Positions 19,115 to 29,894 of a DNA stretch of 64,000 bases are shown in pieces (position 1 is the first letter of the stretch; every line of letters begins with the position of its first letter). Position numbers and translations under genes: made by a program. The stretch comes from a virus (Duplodnaviria; Caudoviricetes), in IMG/VR virus record IMGVR_UViG_3300020598_000119, one strand, 5' to 3'. The notes beneath the pieces are model-generated. The model made no database searches and was not told the origin of the DNA. It saw only the letters and a list, made by a program, of their open reading frames with translations.

Positions 19115-20872
19115 GTGAATATGCTTATTGATCGCGACAACGCACAATTTTGCGGAGAAAAATCCGTAAAAGGCCGTACATGGGCAATCAAGAAACTCGT
19201 TGAAAGCACTGCGATTGAAGGCGTCCATCCTATTGCAACGAGTGTTGCTCTGGCTCGTGGATTCGATCCTGAACGTTTTTTCTCTCCGGCCATCCGCACG
19301 GAAATGCCTGATCCCTATCATCTGAAGTCGATGAAAGAAGCTGTTGAAAGCTTCTGTGATGCTGTTCAGGCTGACAAGAAAATCATGATCTATGGCGACT
19401 ACGACGTCGATGGCGCAACCTCGACTTCACTCGTGCTTCGTTGGCTGACCAGCATGGGCTACTCCAAAGTCCTATACTACATCCCAGACCGACTGGCCGA
19501 AGGCTACGGCCCGAATGCAGATGCAATCCGCCGAGTTCACACGGAAGAAGCCATCGAATATCTCCTTTGCCTCGACAGCGGCACCACGGCGCACGGCCCA
19601 CTCGGAGTCGCTTCTGAACTCGGTCTTGAGATTGTTATTCTCGACCACCACGAACCTGATGATCGTGATCCTCCCGGCATCCTGGTTAATCCGAAGCGTC
19701 GTGATGAAGATCGCAAGTTCGACTATCTTTGCACAGCAGGGCTGGCGTTCCTGTTTCTCGTTGGCGTTCAGCGCGAGATGCGTAATCGCGGATATTTCAC
19801 GACCGAGCGTCCTGAGATCAATCTAATGCAATGGCTCGGCATCGTTGCCCTCGGTACTGTTGCAGACCTTGTTCCACTGGTCGGCCTCAATCGCGCATAT
19901 GTCGCTGTCGGCCTTCCGCTCATGGAACGCATTCCAGGCATTCGTGCTCTCAACATCGCCAACGGTGACGCAGGTTATACTGCTACGACCTGTGGCTTTG
20001 TGTTTGGCCCGTGCATCAACGCAGCTGGCCGCATCGGTGACACCCGTCAGGGAACATACCTGCTCTGGTCTGACGATGAAGCTGAAGTCGAGCAGATCGC
20101 GCAGGCGCTGGTCGAGACCAACAAGGAACGACAGGACATTCAAAAGGCTGCAATGCAGGATGCCATCGAAATGGGCAGACAGCGTGCGGACGATGGTGTG
20201 ATCGTCCTTTACAATCCAGATTGGCATCCTGGCGTGGTTGGTCTGGTCGCTTCCAAGGTCAAGGACGCGCTGGACAAGCCAGCTGTCATTATCGGCGCGG
20301 GCGGTTCGGCATCATGCCGCGCAGTTGACGGGTTCGACATCGGTGGGGCGGTCATTGCAGCTCGTGAAGCTGGCATCCTGCTCAAGGGCGGCGGTCACGC
20401 AGCGGCGGCAGGCCTGACGGTCCTGCCAGAGCGCATCGATGAGTTGCGTAAGTTCCTGTGCGAGCGCGCTATTGGATTCCAGCATCCTGCAACGGAAATC
20501 GACCTTGCCTTCAAGGCAGGCGCACTGAACCCTGCACTGGTCGAGGCACTCGAAACGCTTGAACCATTCGGCATGAAAAATCCGAAACCGCGCGTGGCCG
20601 TTCTCAATGGTCTGGTGAAGTCAGTCCGCATCATGAAAGAACTCCACGTGAAGCTCTTCATTTCAGAAGGTGGGAGCGAAACTGAGGCCATGATGTGGAA
20701 TGCAATCGGCACGCCACTCGGTGATGCATTGTCTGCCTGTGAAGGCCGCTATGTCGACATCTACGGCACTGCCCGCATCGACAGCTTTGGCGGCAAACGT
20801 CGCGCCACAGTCATTGTCGAGGACGCCATCATTGGCCCTTCGTTTGACGCTGTTGACCGGGACGCAGCGTAA
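19115..20872 (+). CDS. recJ: Single-stranded-DNA exonuclease RecJ
   Basis: IYGDYDVDG, PDRLAEGYG, LDHH, LGTVADLVPL, PCINAAGR, GGHAAAAG, LEPFG.KNP. Confidence 0.95.
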   Translation: MNMLIDRDNAQFCGEKSVKGRTWAIKKLVESTAIEGVHPIATSVALARGFDPERFFSPAIRTEMPDPYHLKSMKEAVESFCDAVQADKKIMIYGDYDVDGATSTSLVLRWLTSMGYSKVLYYIPDRLAEGYGPNADAIRRVHTEEAIEYLLCLDSGTTAHGPLGVASELGLEIVILDHHEPDDRDPPGILVNPKRRDEDRKFDYLCTAGLAFLFLVGVQREMRNRGYFTTERPEINLMQWLGIVALGTVADLVPLVGLNRAYVAVGLPLMERIPGIRALNIANGDAGYTATTCGFVFGPCINAAGRIGDTRQGTYLLWSDDEAEVEQIAQALVETNKERQDIQKAAMQDAIEMGRQRADDGVIVLYNPDWHPGVVGLVASKVKDALDKPAVIIGAGGSASCRAVDGFDIGGAVIAAREAGILLKGGGHAAAAGLTVLPERIDELRKFLCERAIGFQHPATEIDLAFKAGALNPALVEALETLEPFGMKNPKPRVAVLNGLVKSVRIMKELHVKLFISEGGSETEAMMWNAIGTPLGDALSACEGRYVDIYGTARIDSFGGKRRATVIVEDAIIGPSFDAVDRDAA

Positions 20873-20885
20873 ACTGCTGAGGTCA

Positions 20886-21767
20886 CTAACCTCTGGTCGT
20901 ACCTCTTGATCTTGCGGCGAATGTCGCAAAATCAGAGGCAACATCATTTATTGTAAATCCGATTCGATAAATCGCATCACGAAAACTTTGATGGTAGCCG
21001 TCCTGAACGTAAGGCTCACCTTCGATCATCTTTGAATTGCGACAGAAGGGCGTGTAATAATTTGGACCATTACCCCATGGATCGGGGAGGGGACAATCTC
21101 CTAAATGGCGGCAAATAACTTCGACTAGATTCACAAATGCCTTCATTTTTCTAGTACCCCAGATATCTTCAACAGAGTATTTGCAGATATCCACAGAACC
21201 ATCATCATTACATTTTATAAACCGCCTGATATCGAACGGGTCAAAGGAGAACCAACGAGGAGCAGTAACTATTTTTTTTGCTTTTGCGTCTGCCAAATTG
21301 CATCCTTCACAAAGAACAACAGTTTGAAACCTTCTCCTAAAACCAAATGGGACACCCTTCTCATTCAGGATGTCAGCTATATGATCATGATGATGAACCA
21401 ACCGACAGTGGATAGTCCCATCATTGGTTTTTCTCATTATCTCAATTTTGTTTCTCATACACGCAGGACATCTCCACCATTGTGGAGTTAGAAGAAATCC
21501 TGCTCGGAAAGACATCGGACCAATATTTGCCTTTAAATCCGAGGTCCGAAGCTTTACTGCATCGCGCCAGAAACCGTCCAATTCACCCATACAAGTGGTC
21601 TGAACATCGGCATCTGACAGAGAAACCAAGTCATTTACGGTATAGATCGCTTGCGGCAATTTCTTCTCCGGCTTCCATCGACCAAATACGGGATTTTGCA
21701 ACAAGTTCATCAATAGAATATATTGAGAAAAGTCTGTTGTAGTCAAACATTGCCTGTTTATGGACAT
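20886..21767 (-). CDS. Zn-binding HNH-like hypothetical protein (AT-rich gene)
   Basis: WRCPACMR..HHHDH..LCEGCN motifs; start uncertain because of overlap with the upstream ORF. Confidence 0.6.
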   Translation of the reverse strand: MSINRQCLTTTDFSQYILLMNLLQNPVFGRWKPEKKLPQAIYTVNDLVSLSDADVQTTCMGELDGFWRDAVKLRTSDLKANIGPMSFRAGFLLTPQWWRCPACMRNKIEIMRKTNDGTIHCRLVHHHDHIADILNEKGVPFGFRRRFQTVVLCEGCNLADAKAKKIVTAPRWFSFDPFDIRRFIKCNDDGSVDICKYSVEDIWGTRKMKAFVNLVEVICRHLGDCPLPDPWGNGPNYYTPFCRNSKMIEGEPYVQDGYHQSFRDAIYRIGFTINDVASDFATFAARSRGTTRG

Positions 21768-22326
21768 TCAAATCACGTCCCCACGCTTTGTGAAGAGCAA
21801 GTATAAATCCGAGTGGCGGGTAAAGTTGTCTTATTGTTTTAACTTCATCCCTTATACAATCATGCAGTATAAACTGAACTAGATTCTCATGTCCTGCGTG
21901 GATGTATTTTCTATTTACTCTCTCAAACCCAATCTCATTCCAAACAGGACTATGAAAAAAGGCCTTCATCCACCCAATAATTGCTTCCTCATGCCACCCA
22001 AGAGGGGCTGCAAAGTATTCTGCGCCACCTCTGCCATCGGAAAATATAAATATAGGCAGGCCAGCAGGATACATAGTATTGTCCATGTATAAACAGGCAT
22101 AGAGCAACTTTTGCCTCAAAACGATATTAAGATCCTGCAGATCATTACCACTCGTGTGCATATAGAAAACTGGATGAAAGGATGGAATATCGTTGGCTAC
22201 AAGCTGATCAATTGTGATCAATTGAGATGGAAAGCTGGGAAAGGGTCTATGAAGTTTCCCGCCCACGACTATTGTCGATACTGAATTCATTCCACCCTCC
22301 CAATAACTTATTGTGAAGTATGGCAT
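21631..22326 (-). CDS. Hypothetical protein (AT-rich gene)
   Basis: 231 aa ORF. Confidence 0.55.
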   Translation of the reverse strand: MPYFTISYWEGGMNSVSTIVVGGKLHRPFPSFPSQLITIDQLVANDIPSFHPVFYMHTSGNDLQDLNIVLRQKLLYACLYMDNTMYPAGLPIFIFSDGRGGAEYFAAPLGWHEEAIIGWMKAFFHSPVWNEIGFERVNRKYIHAGHENLVQFILHDCIRDEVKTIRQLYPPLGFILALHKAWGRDLNVHKQAMFDYNRLFSIYSIDELVAKSRIWSMEAGEEIAASDLYRK

Positions 22327-22367
22327 AAAAACTCATCGGCCAAAATCGGCCAAAACGTGGATAAGCA

Positions 22368-22721
22368 CTATTTTCTTTCGCCATCGTAGTAATGCCAGCA
22401 GCTCGCATGAATTAGCGTCGGAAGGCCAAGGCCATCTGCCTGTCCAACTTGACGATACCCTCGTCTGAGGAGATAGGCCAGCAGACGTTCATTCATGACG
22501 TTCTCATGCAAGAACCTGTATTTTTGCTCATACTCGTCCAAGAATTTCGTGAAACCACCATTACCTGGTTTGTCAGCCTCTGCATTCGCAATTTCGAAAT
22601 CCGCTGAATGGAGCGCTACCACTGGCTTGCGCACATAAATTCGTACGCCGTATTCTTTAACCCATTCAGAGCGACGGAAGAAATCGCTCGCTACAAAATC
22701 ATCAAATCTACGGTAACGCAT
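22368..22721 (-). CDS. Small GNAT-like protein
   Basis: ANAEADKPGNGGF resembles the GNAT motif A (QxxGxG); ENVMNERL..YLLRRGY resembles motif B. Confidence 0.5.
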   Translation of the reverse strand: MRYRRFDDFVASDFFRRSEWVKEYGVRIYVRKPVVALHSADFEIANAEADKPGNGGFTKFLDEYEQKYRFLHENVMNERLLAYLLRRGYRQVGQADGLGLPTLIHASCWHYYDGERK

Positions 22722-22752
22722 ATACGTCCTCGCGAGGCAACCTCGCGTTCAA

Positions 22753-23130
22753 TTAAAACGAAGGAGGACGATTCAGCAAGTCCGGCCTCACTTCACCAAT
22801 TTTGGTCAGTGTATCGAGTAGAATTGAAACCCTATTGGGGTTCGCCGTCATCCGGTTCATCTCAGCGACGGTTTCATCGCAGACAGGAAAGCGAACGATT
22901 TCCACAGGATCGCTATCCTCAATCAGCATGTACTGCGCGCCCTTCTTCTTGAACCACGCGTCGACCGATTTGGCACTGCCCATGTGCAGCATGACGTCAC
23001 CCGCGTAAGCGATAGCCAGTTCGCCGCTGCCATCACATACGTGTCGCAGGCCCGTGCTGAGAGCCGCTCGCGGCCCTTCGCGGAACCAGACATCTCCATG
23101 CTCGATCACGTATGGGCCATCAGTATTCAT
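22753..23130 (-). CDS. Hypothetical protein
   Basis: 125 aa ORF with SD GAGG. Confidence 0.7.
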   Translation of the reverse strand: MNTDGPYVIEHGDVWFREGPRAALSTGLRHVCDGSGELAIAYAGDVMLHMGSAKSVDAWFKKKGAQYMLIEDSDPVEIVRFPVCDETVAEMNRMTANPNRVSILLDTLTKIGEVRPDLLNRPPSF

Positions 23131-23211
23131 ATTCCGGTTCCTCTCAACCTATCATTTTCACAGACTATCAACTCAGCCCTTTGTGAAACACACAAACTGA
23201 CAAGCTGCCTG

Positions 23212-23781
23212 CTAGGAGCAAACTTCTGTGCTTCCCCTTGAAATCACTGGGAGTTTTCCTCCTGGGGACAGCAAACTGACGTCAATCCCCGAGCATTTGC
23301 CAGCCTGCCAAACTCGGCTCATGGCAAATTGATTGCCTGTTTCCTCGTCTACGACCGTGGAGGAACCGCGATATGCAGCCTCGGTGGCAGCACGATCAAA
23401 GCTCTCGCGCATGGTCGCAGGCACATGCCGATCCACCCAAAGCGACTTCTCTGAGGCGACGTTTGCGAACTCGTTGGTTCCGCTGTCAGCTTGAACATCT
23501 GGAAGAGAGCTGCGCTCCATGTCGGGGACAGGCTTTACCGTAAGCTGGTCGTCCTGCGAACCAGTGGCGGGTGGGTATCTCCATGCCGAGTCTCCTCTCC
23601 AGCCCTTCGACTGACGCACTTCTGGTTCATCCTTTTGGGGCATCTGATACGGTTCCCATCCAGCATTTGGAGCTTGAACCGAGGGGCCGACGTTAGCCGG
23701 AGGGACAGGAACATCCATACCGACCGAGCATCCAGCTACGAGAGCAAATGTTGAGATAACAAAAGGCATTCTGAAATTCAC
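23212..23781 (-). CDS. Lipoprotein
   Basis: Lipobox LVAGC; SD AAGGAG before GTG. Confidence 0.75.
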   Translation of the reverse strand: MNFRMPFVISTFALVAGCSVGMDVPVPPANVGPSVQAPNAGWEPYQMPQKDEPEVRQSKGWRGDSAWRYPPATGSQDDQLTVKPVPDMERSSLPDVQADSGTNEFANVASEKSLWVDRHVPATMRESFDRAATEAAYRGSSTVVDEETGNQFAMSRVWQAGKCSGIDVSLLSPGGKLPVISRGSTEVCS

Positions 23782-23792
23782 GAAATTCTCCT

Positions 23793-24386
23793 TCAGAACG
23801 TATCGCCAATATCATCTACAATTATTTGTTGTTTTTTCTTCAATGCCAATCCGGTTGGGGCAGGGCGGTCGAAATTATTCTGTCTCGAAGCTGGTTGCTT
23901 TATAGAATTTGTACTTGGTCTACCTAACCCAAGATTTGTGCCAGACGTCGTATTTGTCGGACGTGAAGCCAAACTATTAATTGCAGGTTTCCCAGGCCAC
24001 AATTTAGCAGCCGCGCTATTTTGCTGGGGCATGGCGTTGCCATTTTGTCTTGAATATGGGTTCTCATTCGGCTTTTCCATCGGCGCAGTTGCGGTCGGCT
24101 TTGCCTTCCCAAAACTCATCCGACCTGTCGGCCTAACTGGTTCATCATCGTCGAAATTGGGCGTAGCAGGAGCCTCAACGACCTGTTTTTGAATGCCTTT
24201 TTCCTCAAGCATTTCCTCAAATGTATCGATAGGATGTATCCCTCGACGCAGAGCGAAAGCTGCTTCGATAATAAATTCTCGGCGATATTCCTCGGGAACC
24301 ATTTCCCATAGATTCAAAGGGATAGACGGCGGGCATTCGACATCCCACGACTCATCGTCCCAAATTGAACCTGCAGTCTCCGACAT
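23793..24386 (-). CDS. Hypothetical protein with disordered C-terminal half
   Basis: 197 aa; P/N/S/T-rich tail. Confidence 0.7.
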   Translation of the reverse strand: MSETAGSIWDDESWDVECPPSIPLNLWEMVPEEYRREFIIEAAFALRRGIHPIDTFEEMLEEKGIQKQVVEAPATPNFDDDEPVRPTGRMSFGKAKPTATAPMEKPNENPYSRQNGNAMPQQNSAAAKLWPGKPAINSLASRPTNTTSGTNLGLGRPSTNSIKQPASRQNNFDRPAPTGLALKKKQQIIVDDIGDTF

Positions 24387-24520
24387 TCAATCTTCCATAA
24401 AGCTTCACTATCAGGCATTATCGATTAATCCCCGAAAAACACAATAATTATTATGGGAAAAATATTGACAAACAAGCACTAATTGGGCATTTATCCAAGG
24501 GTAAATTCGGAGATAACTTC

Positions 24521-27500
24521 TTGAATAACGACAAATATGACATGGGTTTTGATGATGAGTTTGATGATGAAAATCTCGACGACATCCCCGTGTTTGACGA
24601 GGACGAAATTCCGGAGGAGCTGTTAGCGGCCCTCCCTTCTGACACTGACAAGGAATTCGAGACAGCGGTCGAGCACATGTATCGACCCAATGAATCGATC
24701 TTTGGCGCGGTCGCTCGCGACATGGTCAAAGCGGGCTGGTCCATTTTCCCTCAGGAGATCGACGGCAATCGTCGTCCTGGCACCGTTGACGGTCGAATGA
24801 TCAAGTGGTCGGAAGATCACAAACTGGCGACCCAGCTCCCGACCGATGCTGCACTCGATAAGTGGACCGCGCAGTGTCCAAGCCTCAACGTGGCTGTCGT
24901 TCTCGGGGCTGGTAGTGGCTACTCCCTCGTACTCGACGTCGATATTGTGGAGCCAGAACTGAGCCGTCAGGTTCAGGAGCTGGCGGACAAGATGTTCGGC
25001 TACACGCCATTCCGTCGTATTGGTAACTGGCCCAAGATCGCTCTGGTCTATCGCCATGACCCAGATGACGAGATTCCAAACCGCTCGCCAAAATTCGTGC
25101 CATTCGACACACCTGAAAATCCAGACAATGTCGATCAAGGCCTCGAAGTCATTTCTGACGGCAAGCCAATGACGTTTTATGGCAAGCACCACAAAACTGG
25201 TCGCTACTTCCAATGGCTCGACGCAAATCCTCAGTTCTTCGGACCTGAAGACGCACCGCTCGTAACTTCGCAGCAAATCAACGATTTTTTCGATGCCGTC
25301 GACAGCCTACGTCAATTTTCGAAGTCTGCTTCGTTTGACGGACCCATGGCGACATGGGAATGGGATGAAGATGCCCAGATCAACGTCCCAAAGATCCGTG
25401 CCGCTGCGGGTGCCAAGGACTGGACTGAAGATGAAAATGGCAAGGTTGTTGACGGTCGTGAAGCCTATCTGACACGCCTCGCTTTCCGTATCGTGACGGC
25501 AAACCCAGGAACATCGACAACACCTCAGGGCAGAGAAACTCTCGTCAAGATTGTCGTTCAACAATTCATAGACACTGCAGAATGCTCAGGCCGCTGGAAA
25601 GGCAACAACCTTATTCGCGAAGCCAAGTCCAAGGTAAATCGTACTGCCGAGAAGATGAAGGCTGGCCAAATCAAGCCGTTCGTTCCAGCTCGCGACAGCC
25701 AAGGCGATTATATCATTGCGTCTACCGCTCGTGACTATGTGCCTGCGCAGCCTCGCAATCCTGAAGGTGACTCTCTCGATTTTCTGCCACCTTTCGTCGA
25801 TCCGACATCTCCAAATTTCAATCCGAACGCGCCTAACCAAAGGCGTCCAATGCGAATTGAAGTGCTCGGCCACAGCCAAGAAGCCTTCGAAGAGCGCAAA
25901 ATCGAAGAAGACCGTACACGGATCGCAAAAAGCGTTCAGGACGGCCTCTTAAAGGCGTTCAACAGTTTCTGGGATGAAGTCTACGACATGGATCGTCGCG
26001 AATCACGCATCCACATCCTCAAGGCTCCTACGGGTGCTGGTAAGACGTCGCGCGGCATTTCGTTCGTCGCAGAAGACCCGCGCACCAAGGAAGAATATAC
26101 GATCTTTGGCTCAGACGGTGAGATCGAACACCAAGGCCGTTGCCCCGTGCTGTTCCTCCTGCCCACCTACGACAACATCGAAGAACTCCGCCACCGTTCT
26201 CAGGTGCTGAACCTCGATCCCACTCTGAGTGATGAAGACTTGCGTGCTCAGGCAGAATCAATGGGATTGATCCACGCAGATGCTCTCGCGGGTAAGATCG
26301 AAGAACTTCGTCGGGATGCCAAAAATGCAGGCCTGACAACCATGCTCTATCAGGGCAAGCTGCGCGCTGGTTGCCAGATGAAAGAGAAGATGGAAATCGC
26401 TATGGCTGCAGGCATGGGTACGTCACGCCTGTGCAAGGCTGATATCCCAACTAAAGAGAAGGATGATAACGGCAAAACGATCATGGATACCAAGTTTTGC
26501 CCCTTCTACGAAGGATGCCCCGCCATCACGCAGAAAGAGCAGATTCAGAACTCTCACGTCGTTTTCTTGCCGCACGCGTTCTTGGCCCTAAACATTCCTG
26601 ACGAGCTGAAGCACGTCCGCGCCGTGGTGGCAGACGAACGCATCCATCATCTCTTCCTGCACACGACTGAATTTGATCTCGACATCTTCACCTCCCCACG
26701 TAAGCCGCCAAAGCTCACAAAAAAGGAGAAAGAAGCTGGAGAAGATCCAACGTCGTTCAACCCGTTGCGCCTGAAAGCAGCGGGCATTGTAAATCGTGCG
26801 TTGTTGACCAATAAGGACCCTGCTGAGGAACTCCTTAAGGCACAGTTGGAGATTATAAAAAATCTTCCCGAATCGCTGACCCCAGAACAGCGAAGAATCG
26901 AAACCGAGCGAGTATATACATGGATAAAGGCGGCACTTCGCACTTGCGGAGCGTCTCTACAACGCGACGGTGACATTACGCCAGACATCGATATGGAAGA
27001 ACTGCGCATCCTCTGCTCCCAGCCAACTGGCGTACAGGTTCGTGAAGAGCATCGTTTCTGGAAAATCGTCGAGGAACGCTACCTCATGCGCTTGGAAGAA
27101 TACCAGAATGAGCGACTGAGTCCGAATTTTAAACGCAAAACTAAAGGCGACCGAGACTATCGTATCCAGTACGTGGAAGATGTTCGGCCCAATGGCGAAC
27201 CGCATCCAAAAATCCGCATTTCGTGGCGCGACACCCCAAACTGGGTAAACCGCCCAATGCTCCTTCTTGACGCGTCTGCCGCTCCTGAAATGATCAGCAA
27301 AATCTGGTCGGGCAAAGAAGTCGAAGTTCACGACATTCCCGCCGCACTTAACGTGCGAACGGTTGCTATCGCAGATCGAACCTATTCGAACTCCTCGGTA
27401 ATCGCAGCACCTAGTGCATCTGCACAAGACAAGCAGGCGTCAGCGAAAATTCTGACGAACATTCGCCGCGCAATCAGCGCAGTATCAGCTCTATATGGAT

Positions 27501-28828
27501 GGAGCCGCACAGTTGCTGGTGGATCGATCCTCGTCCGACGTGCTGTCAACATGGCTTGGGAAGGCCCACACAACGTCGATTGGTGTCACTTTGGAGCTAT
27601 GCGCGGTCTCGACTTTGCAAAGTACCATTCTGCAGCAATCTCGGTAGGCCGCATGGAGCTACCAGTTCGCACGCTTGATGGTCTGGTTGCGGCATTGACC
27701 TATGATGACGATGAGCCGGAAAAGCCATTCGACAGCCTTGGCACAGGCCTCGGCCGCGATAACCAACCATTGCGAATTCCAACTGGCACGCAACGCATCA
27801 AGATGCGCTCCGGCCACGACATCAACATGCCCGTACCGATGTTTCCAGGTAAGTGGGGGCGCATGATCCAGCGTCAGTACCGCGAGGAAGAACTCCTGCA
27901 GTTCCTCGGTCGTCTGCGTCCGGTGTATCGTGAAGGTATGGCTCCCATCTGGTTTAGCCTGTCGTCGGTTATCCCTGAGGAAGTGATCGTCGACGACCTG
28001 ATCAACATGGAAGACCTGGTCAAGGCAAACACAGGCTCAGTTTGGGAAGCTATGCGTCGTTCGCATGGCATTCTGGACTCTCGTATTGCGGCGGATGTCT
28101 GTGACGATCTCTTCGCTTCTCAAGAACGTGTCTGCTACTTCATGAAGCAGCTTGGCATGAATGACAAAACGGGTGAAATCGACCGTCGCGTAGCTTGGGG
28201 GATCGTATCTTATCGTTGGAAAACGAAATCTGGTGAAACAGGGCATTCATTCGTAAGGGCTGATCTAAAAGATCGCGACGAGGCGTTACGTAACGCCATC
28301 GAGAAGCACATGGAAAGTTCCGTGGTTTCGCTGGAGCAATTGTCGACGCCGCTGCCACAAACTCTCGCCATGGGTCGCAAGGTCGATAAAATCGAAGACG
28401 CACTCGGGACCCATGATGCTCGTCGCGTGATTGAAGAGCAAAATGCACTAGAAAGTGCGATTGCGATTCTCATGTCGACGCCACCAGAGGCCATAGAGCA
28501 TTTGCGGGCCAACAACCTGCGCACGCGTCAGGTTCCGGTCTCGGTGCCGAGTGGAGTGACATACGAGGACGACAAGACAGGGTCAAAGGAAAGCCGGATC
28601 AGCCTGATTGAAGCTGAAACCCGTTTGGCGATTTCAAAGCTATGGTCAACACTGGGCAAGGCAAAGGTCGAAAAGGAAGATCTGGGCGCTGAAGCTGCCA
28701 TCCTTCACGCTGAAACTGGCGTGGCAACAGAGGATACCTATGAGAGCGCTGGCGCGTCGACAAACGACGATACTGGTGAGTTCCAGATCATGGTATTCGA
28801 TAATGAGGACATTTCTATTCCGTATTGA
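24521..28828 (+). CDS. Bifunctional primase-polymerase (Prim-Pol) fused to an SF2-like helicase
   Basis: N-terminal GWSIFP..LNVAVVLG..LVLDVD..GKHHKTGRYFQW; Walker A APTGAGKT; VADE; Cys cluster FCPFYEGC; HFGAMRGLD; LLQFLGRLR. Confidence 0.8.
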   Translation: MNNDKYDMGFDDEFDDENLDDIPVFDEDEIPEELLAALPSDTDKEFETAVEHMYRPNESIFGAVARDMVKAGWSIFPQEIDGNRRPGTVDGRMIKWSEDHKLATQLPTDAALDKWTAQCPSLNVAVVLGAGSGYSLVLDVDIVEPELSRQVQELADKMFGYTPFRRIGNWPKIALVYRHDPDDEIPNRSPKFVPFDTPENPDNVDQGLEVISDGKPMTFYGKHHKTGRYFQWLDANPQFFGPEDAPLVTSQQINDFFDAVDSLRQFSKSASFDGPMATWEWDEDAQINVPKIRAAAGAKDWTEDENGKVVDGREAYLTRLAFRIVTANPGTSTTPQGRETLVKIVVQQFIDTAECSGRWKGNNLIREAKSKVNRTAEKMKAGQIKPFVPARDSQGDYIIASTARDYVPAQPRNPEGDSLDFLPPFVDPTSPNFNPNAPNQRRPMRIEVLGHSQEAFEERKIEEDRTRIAKSVQDGLLKAFNSFWDEVYDMDRRESRIHILKAPTGAGKTSRGISFVAEDPRTKEEYTIFGSDGEIEHQGRCPVLFLLPTYDNIEELRHRSQVLNLDPTLSDEDLRAQAESMGLIHADALAGKIEELRRDAKNAGLTTMLYQGKLRAGCQMKEKMEIAMAAGMGTSRLCKADIPTKEKDDNGKTIMDTKFCPFYEGCPAITQKEQIQNSHVVFLPHAFLALNIPDELKHVRAVVADERIHHLFLHTTEFDLDIFTSPRKPPKLTKKEKEAGEDPTSFNPLRLKAAGIVNRALLTNKDPAEELLKAQLEIIKNLPESLTPEQRRIETERVYTWIKAALRTCGASLQRDGDITPDIDMEELRILCSQPTGVQVREEHRFWKIVEERYLMRLEEYQNERLSPNFKRKTKGDRDYRIQYVEDVRPNGEPHPKIRISWRDTPNWVNRPMLLLDASAAPEMISKIWSGKEVEVHDIPAALNVRTVAIADRTYSNSSVIAAPSASAQDKQASAKILTNIRRAISAVSALYGWSRTVAGGSILVRRAVNMAWEGPHNVDWCHFGAMRGLDFAKYHSAAISVGRMELPVRTLDGLVAALTYDDDEPEKPFDSLGTGLGRDNQPLRIPTGTQRIKMRSGHDINMPVPMFPGKWGRMIQRQYREEELLQFLGRLRPVYREGMAPIWFSLSSVIPEEVIVDDLINMEDLVKANTGSVWEAMRRSHGILDSRIAADVCDDLFASQERVCYFMKQLGMNDKTGEIDRRVAWGIVSYRWKTKSGETGHSFVRADLKDRDEALRNAIEKHMESSVVSLEQLSTPLPQTLAMGRKVDKIEDALGTHDARRVIEEQNALESAIAILMSTPPEAIEHLRANNLRTRQVPVSVPSGVTYEDDKTGSKESRISLIEAETRLAISKLWSTLGKAKVEKEDLGAEAAILHAETGVATEDTYESAGASTNDDTGEFQIMVFDNEDISIPY

Positions 28829-28844
28829 TCGTCCATACCTGAAA

Positions 28845-28878
28845 CATAAAAAAGCTGGCGGGAGCCAGCTTTTTTATG
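28845..28878. terminator. Bidirectional intrinsic terminator
   Basis: CATAAAAAAGCTGGC-GGGA-GCCAGCTTTTTTATG perfect inverted repeat between convergent genes. Confidence 0.88.
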
Positions 28879-28881
28879 AAT

Positions 28882-29736
28882 TCATCGACGATTTCTTGAG
28901 TGCCATTTGCCGAGGACGTCAGGCGCATCAAGACGGCGCGGATATCCTTCACCATTTGCCGCGATCATCTTACGAACGGCTGAATGCCCCTTGCCAGTCT
29001 CTGGATATGTCAATGTGATTTCGACGCCATATTGCAACTCATCGTACCCTTGCCCTGGCTTATCGGTGCGTGCGGTGACGAGAAATGGCCAGCAATGGAT
29101 GGGCATCGGGACGATTGTCGGATCAGCAGCCTTCACGAACGAGAACTCAGCGAAGACCATATTGCCAACGACAAGGCCGAGTTGGTCCGCTTCCTCCGGA
29201 TGAAGGTGCAGGGTTCCCTTGGTCGTGCGACCGACATAGGGTTCTGTGGCTTTCTCAAAGACAGCCTTATCTTCATCCGCCATGCGCTTGATCAGAGGCA
29301 TCACGATCTTGGCGTTTGCGTCACGCGCTGGAATATTCCAGGTCGTCTCACGCGGCTGACGCCCCTTGCGCTTCATCATCTCATGCAGCGTCCAGTTCGC
29401 AACATGACCGTCTGGAAGTGTGATCCGAAGACCACCAGCACCAAACTTGATCGCATATTTCTTTGAGACGCATGCAAAAGCGGAGAACTTCCCTACCGCC
29501 TCTCGCCAGCCATTGGGAGCATGCGACCACAATTCCTTTTCGAAGGCCTCAACAACACTCTCTTCGGTGTTCTTCGTCAGGCTCGGAATAATCACCCACG
29601 ATTTTCTGTCCCCGTTAAATTGAGCCTTAAATCTCTTAGACATCCCTCTAAGCTCACCATGTTCGAATGGGAAAAACACCTCTATGCGGTCAGCATCAAC
29701 GGATAATGTGACGGAACCAAAGTCTACGGTCGGCAT
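28882..29736 (-). CDS. Hypothetical protein (N-terminal FPF..AQFN..KSW motif, HARP/DUF5710-like)
   Basis: 284 aa; SD AAGGAG. Confidence 0.7.
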   Translation of the reverse strand: MPTVDFGSVTLSVDADRIEVFFPFEHGELRGMSKRFKAQFNGDRKSWVIIPSLTKNTEESVVEAFEKELWSHAPNGWREAVGKFSAFACVSKKYAIKFGAGGLRITLPDGHVANWTLHEMMKRKGRQPRETTWNIPARDANAKIVMPLIKRMADEDKAVFEKATEPYVGRTTKGTLHLHPEEADQLGLVVGNMVFAEFSFVKAADPTIVPMPIHCWPFLVTARTDKPGQGYDELQYGVEITLTYPETGKGHSAVRKMIAANGEGYPRRLDAPDVLGKWHSRNRR

Positions 29737-29894
29737 GAAAACTCCTTATTTCGACAAAAATTGTAAGCGGGATGAGAATTTGTCGCAATAATCCGTTTTT
29801 TCTTGATTTTCCTGATTCTTGTCCACATTTTTATTGACATAGAAAATGTGTGGTGCACAATTTAAAGGAAATATCCAACACCAAGGAACGAGTA

